Source: Lama glama (Eukaryota). From it: a stretch of DNA of 64,000 nt. Each line of letters opens with the position of its first letter. Within the stretch, counting starts at the first letter, position 1. Below, piece by piece: positions 39,908-53,429 of this stretch. Both the position numbers and the translations under genes were made by a program. The notes beneath the pieces were generated by a model. The model was not told the DNA's origin and did no database searches. It saw only the letters and a list, made by a program, of their open reading frames with translations. The DNA lies in NCBI GenBank assembly GCA_028534125.1, contig CM052817.1:106270001-106334000 (forward strand), in the 5' to 3' direction.

Positions 39908-39945
39908 AAAATGCTACTCCACCACCACTCCTCCCTCATTCCTAT

Positions 39946-41106
39946 TATTGCCAATGATTAGGTTCTTGTCTCATCACAGAAAGAATTCAGGGATGAGCCA
40001 CAGAGGTTGAGAAAGTAAAGTGACAATTTATTAAGGGATGGATAGTGCACTCTCAAGGGGAAAGTGAGCAGGTCCAGATGAGCAGCTCCCTTGAGTTTCT
40101 TTGGCAAGTTGGTTACATGGAGCATAAAAATGGATGGGCGGAATATTCACTGAGGAGGGACGGGTTTGGGGGTTGTATTTCCTGATTTTAATCCCAGCTC
40201 TGCCTTCCTGTGGGAGGAGGGATTTTTGTCCTTATTTAATCTGGATCAGAAGTGTCATGGCATCAGTGCATGATGGGTACTTCTAATTTGCAAGGCTAAG
40301 TGTATTTCTTATTTTTTAATACCTTTATTATGATATGATTCCTATACGTAAGCTACATATATTTCAGATGCACAATTTGATGAATTTTGATAGATGTACA
40401 CATCAGTGAAACTGCCACAATCAAGACAGCTAACACCTCCATCACTCTCTAAGAGGTGTAAATTTCAAATTCCTAATTTATCCCTTCCCATCCACTTTTA
40501 CTCTCTGGTAACCATAAGTTTGTTTTCTATGTCTGTGAATCTGTTTCTGTTTTGTAAATAATTTCATTTGTGTCCTTTTTTTAGGTTCCACATATGAGAT
40601 CTCATATAGTATTTTTCTTTCTCTTTCTGCCTTACTTCACTTAGAATGACAACCTCTAGGTCCATCCATGTTACTGCAAATGATATTATTTTATTCTTTT
40701 TTATGTCCGAGTAGTATTCATTGTATAAATATATCACAACTTCTTTATCCAGTCTTCCGTTGATCGACATTTGGGTTGTTTCCATGTCTTGGCTATTGTA
40801 AATAGTAAGGCTAATTTTATTGTAATGTGGGCATAATGAGCAAAAGGTTATATTTGGACACTGGAGATTCCTGTATTTTCCCACCTTTCTTTGTTGGCCT
40901 TCAGGGCACTTGTCAGCTCAAAATGTGTGATCGCCTAACAACCCAGAGGTTCCTGTTTTTCCTCTGTCTGCCCAAGGCCCTCTATTGTTTACATGATGTA
41001 TGATTTCTTACATTTTGCCCTGTGCCTCTCTCTTTTGCCCAACACCTCCCATTTGACCTGTATCCCCTTTTCTCTGCTCCTATCTAGCTATCTGCCTGTG
41101 CTAACA
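39946..41106 (-). mobile_element. ERV1-type solo LTR with a nested L1
   Basis: TATTGCC...CTAACA termini with a perfect 4-bp TSD ctat/ctat; reverse-strand AATAAA ('tttatt' near 40027). Confidence 0.8.
40307..40806 (-). mobile_element. Nested L1 insertion with a chimeric 3' end
   Basis: TSD aaggctaagtgtatt / aaggctaattttatt; ORF 40564-40884(-) resembles the end of L1 ORF2 (IKKNKIISFAVTWMDLEVVILSEVRQKEKEKY). Confidence 0.8.
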
Positions 41107-41109
41107 CTA

Positions 41110-42570
41110 TCTTTCTTCCAGTTCACTGAGAAAATGGAAACAAATACAGAAACAAACTTCCAGGTGCACCCAGCATCCCATTTCTAACTTACTCACCGCT
41201 GGTCTCATATATTCTGTCCATACTCCTCTTAATAAGGATGGATGTTTGCACTTGTTCACTAGATCCCAGGGACATAATTCCAGGAATCATCATTTTTTTC
41301 ACAATTTTATTCCTTTCTCTTTGCTCATTGCTCATTTTATATTTTTTCCATTAAAAAAGCTTTTTACACTGTAACCATCCCCACCTCCTATATCACTTTA
41401 TGGGAAAACTACTCATCCCATGTCTTCATCCCCCAGTCTTTCTTAAACTCATTCTTTTTTTTACTCTTCTTACCCAACAAAATATATTTGCTTATTTACA
41501 CATTGCTAATTCCAGTGGGTAATTTTCTGTTCACACTTTGCTTAACTTATTAGCTTCACTCAATTTGATAAGCTATACATACTGTCTCTTGTTGGATGAT
41601 TGACAAATACTTCTTGGGGTATCTACCCAGAATTCTAGTATATTTAAGCTCATTACCTGACAGCTTTACTCAAATGCATAAAAGTTTACTCTTGATGGCT
41701 ACTTTAAAGCTTACTTTTATTCCATAGTTTTCTCCATCTTAGGACACAGAAACTTCATTTTTTAATTATTCAGGCAAAATAAATCTTGATTTTATTTTAG
41801 AATCCTGTCTTTTCTTTTATACTTCACATCCAAACTACCATTAAAATCTTACATCTAAAGTGCATTTGAAATCTGTTCCCTTCACACAACTCCCACCACT
41901 AACAACTTGGTCCAAACCACCATGTTTTACGCCACCTGGATCATTGCCACCACTTCCCAAATTAGGTGTCTCTACTTTCACCCTTGTCCTCCCTAACTTC
42001 TGCAAAACCCAGAGGGAATGATATAAGCCAAACCACTGCACTCCTCAGCATTTTTATCTCACTTGGTATAAAATGCAAAATCCTTCACTCTATCCTATAA
42101 AATCCTACTTACACTGACCCCTGCTACTGCTCTGACTTCGTGTGTTACTTCACTTCACTTTGGTCACTGTACTCCAGTCACACAGGTGTCCTGGCTGATC
42201 TCCAACCACAGGAAGCCCCCACACTTCTGCCTTTGCAGTTCCCTTACTGTCCTTCTGGAATCTTCTTGCCCCAGAGAGCCAGAGTTCATACCCTTCCTTT
42301 CTCCATTTCTTTGGTGAGTATTTTGCTATCCAGCCTTCTGTTACTGTCCCATAAAAGAAATTCAGATTCTTTGTTCTGCTTGGCCCTCTTCCCTTGCTTT
42401 CCTCATTTCCATTAACTTATTACCATACATCATAGTGCACATTTTATTGTCTTATTGTCTATCTCCCTACCTAGAATATAAGTTCCTTGAGAGTAGCATC
42501 TGTAATGTGTTTCTAGCTGCAACCACATATTACATATTCACTGAGTATATTTGGAATGAGTGAAATAATT
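41110..42570 (+). mobile_element. L2 fragments
   Basis: Pyrimidine-rich L2 pattern and 3' end 'ctagaatataagttccttgagagtagc...tatttggaatgagtgaa'. Confidence 0.6.
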
Positions 42571-45241
42571 ATTTTTTTTGAAAATACACTTTAACAATAA
42601 TTATACCCTCAACTATTATATAGGACATATACCTCAACTTACATCTCATTCACTGTAAGTCAATGGAGAAAATGCCAAGCCCTTGATTATGCAGATTTCA
42701 GATAAACACAGTACCATGTTCAGACTTGGCATTTCTTATTATTTCACTCACCAAAATTTAAGTTTTACTCTCTGCCTATTACACAGTCTTTTGCTGTTTT
42801 TAAGCTACAAACTATTATGCATTCATTATTCACTGAAATATATTGATTTTTTTCAAACCATCTAGGTCCTCATTCCATTTTTGCAGGTAATACATGACAT
42901 ATACAAATGGTAGTGAATGTAAATTGAAAAGCTATATTTTACTCTGTCAAAATCTTTATTTTACTTTAAGATTTTTTCATTGATATTTGTTTGATGGATT
43001 TCTTTAGACATACTCTGTGTTTCATGACAACAAAGTTTTCATTATTCATAGCTTTGATATAAAATCACCATCTTCATTACAAGTAAGATATTTCACTTTG
43101 AGTACTGCTTTTGTGGTTTCTAATTTTACCTTTCTTATTTAGTCTTTTTGTTTGTTTGGTATTCTTTTTTAGTTGTAATGATTAATTTCCGTCTGCCAGT
43201 TTATTTTTAAACATTTTATGTGAGATCTTAAATTTAGTTTCACATTCCTTTAAATCACTCTGTGGTTATTTTCCCATTAGTAGGAGATGTTGTTGCACTT
43301 CGTGTTTATTAAAGCTGTTTTTGTTTATTTGAAAATGTCCTCACACCTTGCTATGTGGATTGCATTTGTCTGCTTTTACCTTGTGTGATATACAAATTAA
43401 AAATGGTATATTTAATTCCATAGTTTATCTTCACATTTATCAAATGTACATATGATATCCTATTTCTCTAGTTATGAAATACAAGAAAATATATTTTTAT
43501 GATTTTAATAAGCAATATGAGGTTTATTCATGAGACTATCTTCTTTCTTCCTCCCATTTTTCATGACTGTTAATCTGTTCCTGAAGTTTTAGATGGTAAT
43601 ATTTTTACCATATATAAAATCTACTAAAATTGAGTAATGATGGAGTTTCTTAAGGAATATTAATGAGATGTTGGTATGGAAATGTATGCATGAATGTGCT
43701 GTCCATGATTTGATTTCATGTGTAGAATGAAAGAATGGGAAATATTTTTTTTAACCAGTCAGTATTAACTTGCAACATAAATCTCTTAAATTTCCACATA
43801 AGTTAAAATTTATGTCACAGCCAAGATAGAACTGTTGTGCCATTCATAATTAGAATTCAATTTTTCTGAGTGGTTGTAGAAATCGATCAGGAAGTCAAAG
43901 ATAAAGTTTCATTTATCATGACACAGACATAAAAAATATGGATTACGGAGAACCAGACTAATACAACAGAGAAGCCAGGCAGAAACGCGGAGCTACACTG
44001 CAAAAGAATTAAATGACCTACCCGGCCACTTCGATTTTCAACATGGTGAGGTCTTAGAATGGATACATTTCAGTAAAGTTAAAGTCTAAGAAGGGTTTCT
44101 CTTGGTCAGTAACATACACTCTCCTAGTAGTAAATGAGCAAATGTAGGAGAAAAGAGGAATTAATAGTACTTTCTTCTTTGTTTAAAACATTCAATACTT
44201 AGTCCTAAGTTTTCTAATGCTGAATAGTCAGTTAAATTAAGCTCCGTGCATGATTTGGGATATAACAGGGACTAGGTTTCATTTCTGTGGCTAATCTGAG
44301 CACTAGGGGGAATAAAACATATAATGTACCTTTTTATAAATGATTCATGTTTATCTCTCCACACACACACATATACACACAGAACACACAGACAGTGATC
44401 CCCCACCCACCCACCCATTGGCCACCTTCCATTCCCAGCTCTTTGGCATCTTGGGAGCTATAGCCTCTCAACACATGTAGAAAGGGTAGAAAACTTCAGA
44501 AGCTTGAATCTGTGTCTTCACTTCAAAGAGAGATCCTGAAGTACTTGCTGACTATTTTCCTATCTTTTAATTTAGTTCAGTTTAATCTTGATGTAATTTC
44601 TAATCACATATATGCCATATTATTTTCCTATTAAAAAATTACCTTCACAGTAAGTTGATGGAGTTTTCCTTTGTATGTAGCTCATTAACGATGCAGTTGA
44701 TGAATATGAAAGAGGTCACACATCTGAAATGTGGATTTGTTTCATGTGTACAAAAGATAAGGTGACACACTGAGAAATAAAATTATTAAGCTTCCAATCT
44801 AATATTAAAGTAAAATTGGAATCAACAAAAATGACTTTCTAGTTGGTGAGCCCATCCCCCCATCTGACAGTAACTCCTCAAAGTATTTTGAAACTACTTT
44901 GGTCACACATTTAACATAATGGCTTTTGCTCATTATTCCTGAACTCTTTCTGCAGCCTTAATTGATTAAATAATAATTTGTTATAGGATAGAATCTCACT
45001 GATATTTAGATAGCTTGCCCTTCAAAACCTAATGTTGCTTCTAGCAGTGTATGTTAAGGAAGACCAAAACATAGACATGTGACTCTCAGACGAGGTAATT
45101 TTTAACAGATTCTTATTCCTGTACCTCATGTGTTTTACTTTATTTAAGAAGTTTTCCCCCTTTGATTCAATCTTGAACCAGGATTTTTGCCTCCATCCAT
45201 GGAATTGTAAGTGGTATTTAATATAATTCTTCTAAAATATA

Positions 45242-45590
45242 TGTCTTAGTCAAGATTTTGCAGGGAAAAAAACAGAACAGTGTGTGTGTGTGTGTGTAAT
45301 GAGATTTATTTTAGGTCATTGACCCATATGCTTAGGGGAGCTGGCAAGTCCAAAATCCAAAGGGCAGGGTGAAAATTCAAGCAAGAACTGACGTTACAAT
45401 TTTGATCTGAAATCTTTGGTGTAAGCCAGCAGTCTGGAATCTCAGATAAGATGCCTGTTACAGTCTTAATTAAAACTCCTTCTTCTTGAAGATGCTAATC
45501 AGATCTACAAAATACCTTCACGGAAATATCTAGAGTAGCCTTTGACCAAAACCTGGGTCCAATAGACACACAAATTTCACCATCATAATA
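45242..45590 (-). mobile_element. MLT2-like LTR containing (TG)n
   Basis: 'tgtcttagtcaagatttt...gagatttatttta...gctggcaagtccaaaatc...cacaaatttcaccatca'. Confidence 0.7.
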
Positions 45591-45888
45591 TGTCCTGCAA
45601 AATGTCCAGATCAATAGAACTCAGCATATTAATAAGTCATAACTCCTCACAATTTATAAAATATACATACTGTTAAATTTTTATTTATGTAAAATAATAT
45701 TTTTGTAATATTTTCTGGATAGCTAAAAACAAAAACTAGTGAAAAACAGAAACACAAAACAATCCATCAATGAGGAAACAAAAAGTAAGTTATGATATAT
45801 TTGTACAGAGCATTACTATGTCTGTTGCATTACTATGTCTGTTTTGGGCATCCCTTCTGCAGAGAAAAGTTTAAAAACCAGGACACAC

Positions 45889-46388
45889 NNNNNNNNNNNN
45901 NNNNNNNNNNNNNNNNNNNNNNNNNNNNNNNNNNNNNNNNNNNNNNNNNNNNNNNNNNNNNNNNNNNNNNNNNNNNNNNNNNNNNNNNNNNNNNNNNNNN
46001 NNNNNNNNNNNNNNNNNNNNNNNNNNNNNNNNNNNNNNNNNNNNNNNNNNNNNNNNNNNNNNNNNNNNNNNNNNNNNNNNNNNNNNNNNNNNNNNNNNNN
46101 NNNNNNNNNNNNNNNNNNNNNNNNNNNNNNNNNNNNNNNNNNNNNNNNNNNNNNNNNNNNNNNNNNNNNNNNNNNNNNNNNNNNNNNNNNNNNNNNNNNN
46201 NNNNNNNNNNNNNNNNNNNNNNNNNNNNNNNNNNNNNNNNNNNNNNNNNNNNNNNNNNNNNNNNNNNNNNNNNNNNNNNNNNNNNNNNNNNNNNNNNNNN
46301 NNNNNNNNNNNNNNNNNNNNNNNNNNNNNNNNNNNNNNNNNNNNNNNNNNNNNNNNNNNNNNNNNNNNNNNNNNNNNNNNNNNNNNNN
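45889..46388. other. Assembly gap (500 N)
   Basis: Run of N seen directly. Confidence 1.
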
Positions 46389-47900
46389 TTCCTCTTCTGT
46401 GAGTTACTTTTCACAGGAAAGTAACCTTTTTCTTCTCTTTTATTCTTTGCTTTTTTTCTACCTTTGGCTTATTTTTTTTCAACTCAGTTTATTTGCCTTT
46501 TCTTATTCATTTGCACAGTTTCTTTACGTGTCCTTTATAACAACTCTGTTGTTTATATGCACAGAAAATATCTCCTTTAAATCTGAAGTTTCTGTTTTCA
46601 CTTTTTAGTGTGCCTTTTGAGGATCTTTAAATGCAGTCTATTTTTCAAAATTTGCATTTGTTTCTGCTTCTTTTGTGTCTTGTTTTAGAAATACCTGGAT
46701 ACTCTGAGATTTAAGGATCTATTCCTATATTTTCTTAGAAATTCTAAAATACTAGAAATTTACATTTATATATTTAATCCATCTGCAGTTAACTTCATGT
46801 ATGGTGATCAGTAACAGTCACTTTTCTCCCATATTTATAGTGAATTTTATTGGACTTTTTATTGGCATTTCTCCTTAAGGATGTGAATCACATTAATGTA
46901 CTTTGGTTTTTGATGTTTTGTTTGTACACTAATATATTTTGTTATGTTAAAACACTTTTACATTTTTGGACATGACTTTTGGTTATAATTCTATATTGAA
47001 TTTGAGTTTTCCAATGTTTACATTTATGATTATAATTGAGAGTATCCTGCAACCTTTGTGTGCCTTTGTGGGGTTTTGACACCATAGTTTAATGGTTCAT
47101 TAAAAAATTGAGGCATCACCTGTTTTTTCATCCTCTGGAAGAATGTGTATCAGTTTGGAATTTTATGTTCCTTGAACGCTGATAGAGTTAGTTGGTACAA
47201 CTATCTGGGGTAAGTGCTTCAGTTGGAGGAAAAGTCTTAAATATTCAACTTTTTTTAGTTCTACAAATATTTTAGATTATCTACTTAGTATGTAGTCTTT
47301 CTTAAGAGATAGTTTATTTACCTTGGTTTTAAAATATGTGTCACAAATTTTCCATATAGTTTTCTTAGCTTCAACTTCCCTATCCACACTGTACATATTC
47401 TAAACAGATCCTCCGGACTTTGACTTCGCCAGATTCTTGACTAAATCTGACTGATAAAATACAAAAAGTGGTTATTGGGAAAGAGAGCCCTGAGGACAAG
47501 AGGAGGTTTTCCAAGTAAGCTAGAGAAAGGAAAAAGAAAAATCCAGTTCTGTGCTTTTCATAAGGGACACATTTAAACCATAAAGAGATAGAACACAAGA
47601 AAGCCAAACAAACAAGAGGCTAATACTAATGGAAAACCATTGTATCTATAAGAATGCCTGATGTTCTAAAGAATAGTAGGAAACTGGATGTACTGAACGC
47701 TAACATTAACCAATAGACAATCCCATTGCCTATACTAATATCCATTAAAATATATAGGGTAACCACTTAATAAAAGATTCACTAGGAAGATGTAAAAGTC
47801 TGAACTTTTATGCAGTTAGCAGCATAATCTGAAAACAGATACAAACGAAATTACAAATAAACAAATAAACAAGAAATCTGCCATTAGTGGAAAGTTCCCT
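46389..47900. mobile_element. Very old L1M fragments (antisense to about 47370, sense endonuclease-like piece about 47520-47900)
   Basis: T-rich antisense ORF2 pattern followed by an A-rich sense piece. Confidence 0.5.
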
Positions 47901-48259
47901 CTCCCATTTCAGTTATTTAAGAAAACTATTTCCATTCATCTATAGAATTTTAATTGTAATGCTTGTTTGTCCTGTACCTGAATGGTCTGATAGTTATGTA
48001 TAGAAGCTTATTTTGATGGAGGTTTCTTTTCAGAGGCAAAAATACAAGGTGCTACGTACTTCGAGGCATCATGTTAGATGGAACATTTGGTTGTCTTAAT
48101 TTAAGTGGTGTTAAGACTGATCAGGTTTTTAGCCAGATCTTTATAATAATAAATCTCCCTCTAAACTTTTTCCTACTTGTTTCATCATCAGTGATAATTA
48201 TCCCAATTCGTTACATTCAATGTGGCAAAATGGTAATTTTATTTTGCTTTATTTTAGGA

Positions 48260-49560
48260 TTTTTTTGGTTGTTACTCTAATTGAAATATAATTGACATAT
48301 GATATTAGGTTAGTTTTAAGTGTACTGTGATTTGACGTTTGCATACATTATGAAATGATCACCAAATTAAGTCTAGTAACCACTTGTCCCTGTACAAATT
48401 TATTACAATATTACTGACCAGTGCTGTATGTTGTATATTACATTGCCGTGGCTTATTTATTTTAAAGTTGGAGATTTTGACTTCTTAATTCCCTTCACTG
48501 ATTTCTCCCCACCTTCCACCCCCAAACCCCTCCCTTCTGGCAACCATCGTTTGTTCTCTGTATCTATGAGTCTGTTTTCATTTTGTTCAGTATTTTGTTT
48601 TGATTTTGAGGTTCCACGTACAGGTGAGATCATATGGTATTTCTCTTTATCTGACATTTCTCTTAGCATAATATCCTCTAGATTTATCTATGTTGTTGTA
48701 AATGGCAAGATTTCATTTTTTATGGGAGAATAATATTCCATTCCACATATACCACTTTTTATTTATCTTTCTATTGATGGACACTAGAGTTGCTTCCATA
48801 TCTTGACTGCTGTGGAAAGTACTGCAATAAGCATTGAGTGCTTATATCTCTTCAAATTTGTGTTTATTTTCTTTGGGTAAATTTTATTTGGGTAAATGTC
48901 TGGATCACATGGCAGTTCTATTTCCAATGTCTGAAGAAAGCTTCATACTGTTTTCCATAGGGGCTGCACCAGTTTACATTTCCACCAACAGTGCATGAGC
49001 ACACTTTTTGTTTGTGGGGTTTGTTTTTTTTTTTTTTTTTGGATGTTTCTGACAGGTGTGAGGTGATATCTCTGTGGTTTTTGATTTGCATTTGCTGATT
49101 AGCAATGTTAAGCATCTTTTTATGTGTCTGTTGGCCATTTGTATGTTTTCTTTGGTCCTTTGCCCTTCAATATGATATAATTCAATTTGTGTAGTTTCAC
49201 TTTCATTTCCCTTGCCTAAGGAGACAGAGCCAGCATAAATATGGCTAAGACCAACATCAAAGAGCATACTGCGTACATTTACATTTTCTTCTAGGGGTCT
49301 TATAATTTCAGGTCTTGCGTTTAAGCCTTTAATTCATTTTCAGTTTTTTTTTTTTTTTTTCTGTATAGTATGAGAAAGTAGCCCGGCTTAATACTTTTGT
49401 ATGTAGCTGTCCAGTTTCCCAATACCATTTCTGGAGAGGCTGTCTTTTCTTCATTGTATAAACATGCCTCTTTTGTCATCGATCCAGTGTGGATTTATTT
49501 CTGGGCTGTCTATTCTGTTCCACTGATCTATGTGTCTGTTTTTGAGCAAGTATTACATTG
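48260..49560 (-). mobile_element. L1 3' portion (L1MA9/10-like), internally deleted
   Basis: ORFs 48457-48669(-) (EKYHMISPVRGT) and 48918-49267(-) (ENIQMANRHIKRC, CTVGGNVNWC) match the end of L1 ORF2 and 3'UTR. Confidence 0.85.
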
Positions 49561-50706
49561 ACCTTTTATGACTTGACTCAAAATTTAATTGTAGCAGGTA
49601 TTTTTCATAATATTTAACTTGGTGCCAAAGTCATTTTCTATTTTATTAAAGATGGGAAGTCTTTTGTTTTATGTCCTTTGCCATAATTTTCGAGATGTTT
49701 ATATCACAAAACATAAATAATATGAATTCATCACATTATTTTTTAAATAGAAAAATTAGCATATTTGAAAAAATAATTCTGATGCTTATCATTATTGATA
49801 AGCATAGTTTTTTTCTCAACAGATGACAAAAATTCAGTTACATTCAGTTAAATTTATTTCAGTAGTTGATCTAGAAATCTGATATAAAACACTCATTATT
49901 TTAGCAAGCATTTTCAAAATATTTATACTCCACTTCTTTAAAAATTTAAAGTACTTTAAAAAATTGATCCAAGTTGAGATGGAAAATAGTTGAGACATTT
50001 TGAGCAAAGAAGAAATACAGGAAGTCAAGTAAGAGAGCTAGTGTTCCTTTCTGCAAATGTTTGGTTATTTATTTTCAAAATTATCTCAAGCTTCTAGAAC
50101 TTTTAATAAAGCACTATTTTGCAAATCTCTGTATTTCTCTTAGACTTCAGAGCTTTCTACTTTATAAATAACTGACCTTTTTATGCAAAATTTCTCAAAT
50201 GTTTTAAAAATCTATATTCTTTTTTAATAATAGGTATAAATATTTCAAGATAAATGTTGATTACTTTGTATATTCCTAATAGCAGAAAAAAATGTCTGTC
50301 TTTGCTTTGTATGCTTCCTATCTGAATCCAATAGGTATTTTTACCTTAGATGCAATGTATACTAAAATATAAAAAAATGCTTTTTCAAATTATGTGTAAT
50401 CTACGAGACCTTTTATTCAAATGTGCTGTCCTACTCCAGGTGATAATTGCTGTTTGGACAGACGTTCTGTTTCAACCTGAATATATTTTTAGCTTATATA
50501 AATTGACTAGAAACAACTTCAAATATATATTTTTATAACACAATATCTCCTTATTCCTCCAAATTAAGTGATCTTTACCTTGAAAAATCTAGTAATGCAT
50601 CTATACTGTAACTAACACCAATCTTTTAAACATACAATTAAATTATATTTGGAGGTTTTATAAGTAAGAAACATCATCCGGTAACTTTTTGAAAAGCCAT
50701 TACTTT

Positions 50707-51447
50707 TGTTACCGAAACTTGGCCTCCATACTCCACTCACCAAATTGGGACTTAAGGATAGAGTTTTGGATGAAGTAAAAAAAAGCAGCTTTATTTCTTT
50801 GCAGGCGAGGGAGGTCATGGTGGGCTGGTGCCTCTAAGACTGTAAGCCCACTGGGAAGTGAAGGCAGGGGGTTTTATAGTAAAAGTTCAGGGGTTTAAAG
50901 GGCGGAGGTGGTTTCCATAGAGATCACGTACAGGGTAACAAATTATTGCAAAGTTGTTCCTGTCTTTGCAGATGCAGTTACCCCCTTCCCTCTGCTGGGT
51001 ATGAAGCTCACCTCTGGCTCTGGGACTCTCTCAGTATTCTTGTACCCAGAACAAAGGATGCATAGGAAGGGGCTCCATAGAAAAGAGCTCTAGAGAAATC
51101 TTGTGCAGTTTAAAGTCAGGCTGATAATTGCTTTTAGCCTTTTGAGCAGGCTGAGGCCTGGGACCTCCTGCTGCAGGCTGAGACCCACAGCTCGAACAAC
51201 AAGATTCAAGGAAACCACAAGGGGTCAAGAGGAGGGCACTGGGGTCAGGAGAAAGGCATGAGCTTGACCCCTGCACACAGCACCACGAGGCAGTGGGTGG
51301 ACCACCCAAGCCTCCCTCCTCTGCAGTCCAACCCTGGTCAGTAAGAGCATGAGAAGAACCTTTAAACCATGAAACAGTTAAACAGTTACGAACACCATTG
51401 CAGATGTCGGCTGGTCACTGATGACAGTAGGGTCCTGCTTGGTTACA
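50707..51447 (-). mobile_element. ERV1-type solo LTR
   Basis: TGTTACC...GGTTACA termini, flanks cttt/tttt. The reverse complement begins tgtaaccaagcaggacccta, like the LTR at 3381. Confidence 0.8.
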
Positions 51448-52040
51448 TTTTGAACCAAAACTTTTATTGTTAGGTAAATTGTTGATAAAATTATCATTGG
51501 TGTTAATAGTTAATTAAACAATTGTAGCACAACTTTCTCATATCAAGATGAAAATTTTATAACAAATATTTGATTCACTTCTTCACAGATGCAATGACAA
51601 AGACCTTTTACATACAATACAATAGTGGTAAAGATGTTTAAAAAATAGAAAGCTAATGGACCAGAAATGCTGAGAGTTTTAAACAATGCAAAGCTGGAAA
51701 TTATTTAATGACATACTGAAAAACTGGAGACTGAAATAATGATGATGATCATATTAATCCAAATAGTAGAGACTCAAACTATTTAACATATTAATTATTA
51801 AGGAGAAACTCCTCTAACAGAAAAGTAAATATTCTGAAATTGATTAAAAATCTTATGTATACAAATATGTATATTTAATATGTTATATGATATATATATA
51901 CAGAGAGAGAATTGCATTAATAAATACAGTGTCCACTAGCAACAGCTTATAATGGTGTGGTTTCAGGCAAGGGTGACACTGACCAGCTCTTTTCAAGTCA
52001 CTGTGTCTCCATTTCCTTGAAATGGCTATCAGCTGCTTAA

Positions 52041-52560
52041 AGAAAAGTCAGGTTTCAAAATTTCTCCACAGAGGAGAAGCTTCATGCGGAATTTCAATAC
52101 CCCAGGGACGTTATTATGGAACTCGTCAAAGCAATATGTACACATTTCTGAGTTCGATTAAGGAAGACAGGCAACACTTTCAACACAGAGTAACACCATC
52201 ACACTGTGTCTTCAGATCCCTCTTGACCCTTTGGGAGAAGCGTTTGTTTCATGGCCCTCCCTGGAGAACTCCACGAGCTCCCTCACTTCCTTTGTGTACT
52301 CTCACTATGTTTTGCAGATTATCGCCACTGCCTTCTGCCAGTTTGTGTAATATGTGTATCTAGGGATAAAGTAATGCTTTCCTTATGTCCATTGATTATG
52401 TCTATTTACAGATCATTTCTAAGCAACAAGCCAGGCTGTCTCCAAGTACCACACAGACTAGACACCTGAGAATTGCAAGATCTTTCCCTTCTAAAGAGTT
52501 TGTCCATTTCAGTCATATTTCAACTTTAATATAGAAGTAATTTAGCATACTGGCACCAGA
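52041..52560 (+). pseudogene. Tentative decayed PIF/Harbinger (HARBI1-like) transposase fragment
   Basis: Two translated blocks, RFQNFSTEEKLHAEFQYPRDVIMELVKAI and LQIIATAFCQFV*YVYLGIK*, reproduce the order and internal spacing of the recalled HARBI1 N-terminal motifs. Alignment by eye only. Confidence 0.45.
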
Positions 52561-52718
52561 TAATTTGTCCAGGAAAAATAAAGTACATTAAGGAATATTT
52601 ATTCACTTAACGAAAACTGAATGCCAACTCACTGTATATTGAACATCGTCCCACAGCACTGACTCAAACAGACATAATTACCGTCCTCAAGGAAATTACA
52701 ACATATGGAGAATACAAG

Positions 52719-53220
52719 TGTTTTAGTTAGGATTCTTCAGAGAAGTGGAACCAATAGGAAATTGGATATAGATATATATTTCTCTGTCTATCTGCTTATC
52801 CATATATTGAGAGATTTGTTTTAAGAAATTGGATCAATCACTCGATTGTGGAGGCTGGCAAGTCTGAAATTTGTAAGGCAGGCAGGTTGGAAATTTTGGG
52901 CATAGATAATATTGCGGTCTCGAGTCTGAATTCCTCAGGGTGGCAGCTGGAAACTCAGGCAGACTTCCTCTACTATAGTCTTGAGGGAAATCCCTTCTTC
53001 AGGAAAACTCAGTCTTTGCTCTTAAAGCCTTCAATTTACTGGTGGAGAGCCACTCTCTTTATGGATGGTAATCCGCTTTACTCAGTTTACTAATTTAGAA
53101 GTGAATCACATCTAAAACAAAAAGCAAAAGCCTTCACAGCTACATACATAGTGGCATGTTACCAAAGGACCAAACACCCAAACACGGTATCTGAGTTGAT
53201 ACATGAAATTAACCTTCACA
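52719..53220 (-). mobile_element. MLT2 LTR
   Basis: 'tgttttagttaggattcttcagagaagtggaaccaatagga...ggaggctggcaagtctgaaatttgtagg...gaaattaaccttcaca'. Confidence 0.85.
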
Positions 53221-53429
53221 GTAAGGGATAAGGATCCATGGTTGGTTATAGAGAAGAAAGGGTGGTGAATCCAAATAAATTACTGAGCTAAAGGATCATG
53301 GTCTCAGTAGGAGACGGAGACAAACTGGCCAGAGAGAAGCGAGGGTCAGCTGATCTTCTAGGTCAGTGGATCTCTAGGACTTACTCACCTTGGATAACGG
53401 GAACTGTACATCCTTTGACTGTTTGATCT

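Noticed and set aside
43930..44050. CpG-containing stretch ending in a donor-like 'atg|gtgagg'
   Set aside because: The frames I checked hit stops quickly and there is no clear acceptor.
45792..46608. Three long ORFs of 193-257 aa
   Set aside because: They are artefacts of the 500-N gap.
2752..52560. Linking the MYBL2 retrocopy or the 8.8-kb frame with the Harbinger-like relic as one two-gene Harbinger element
   Set aside because: They are over 40 kb apart, I see no terminal inverted repeats, and the retrocopy lacks Myb repeats and derives from a host mRNA.
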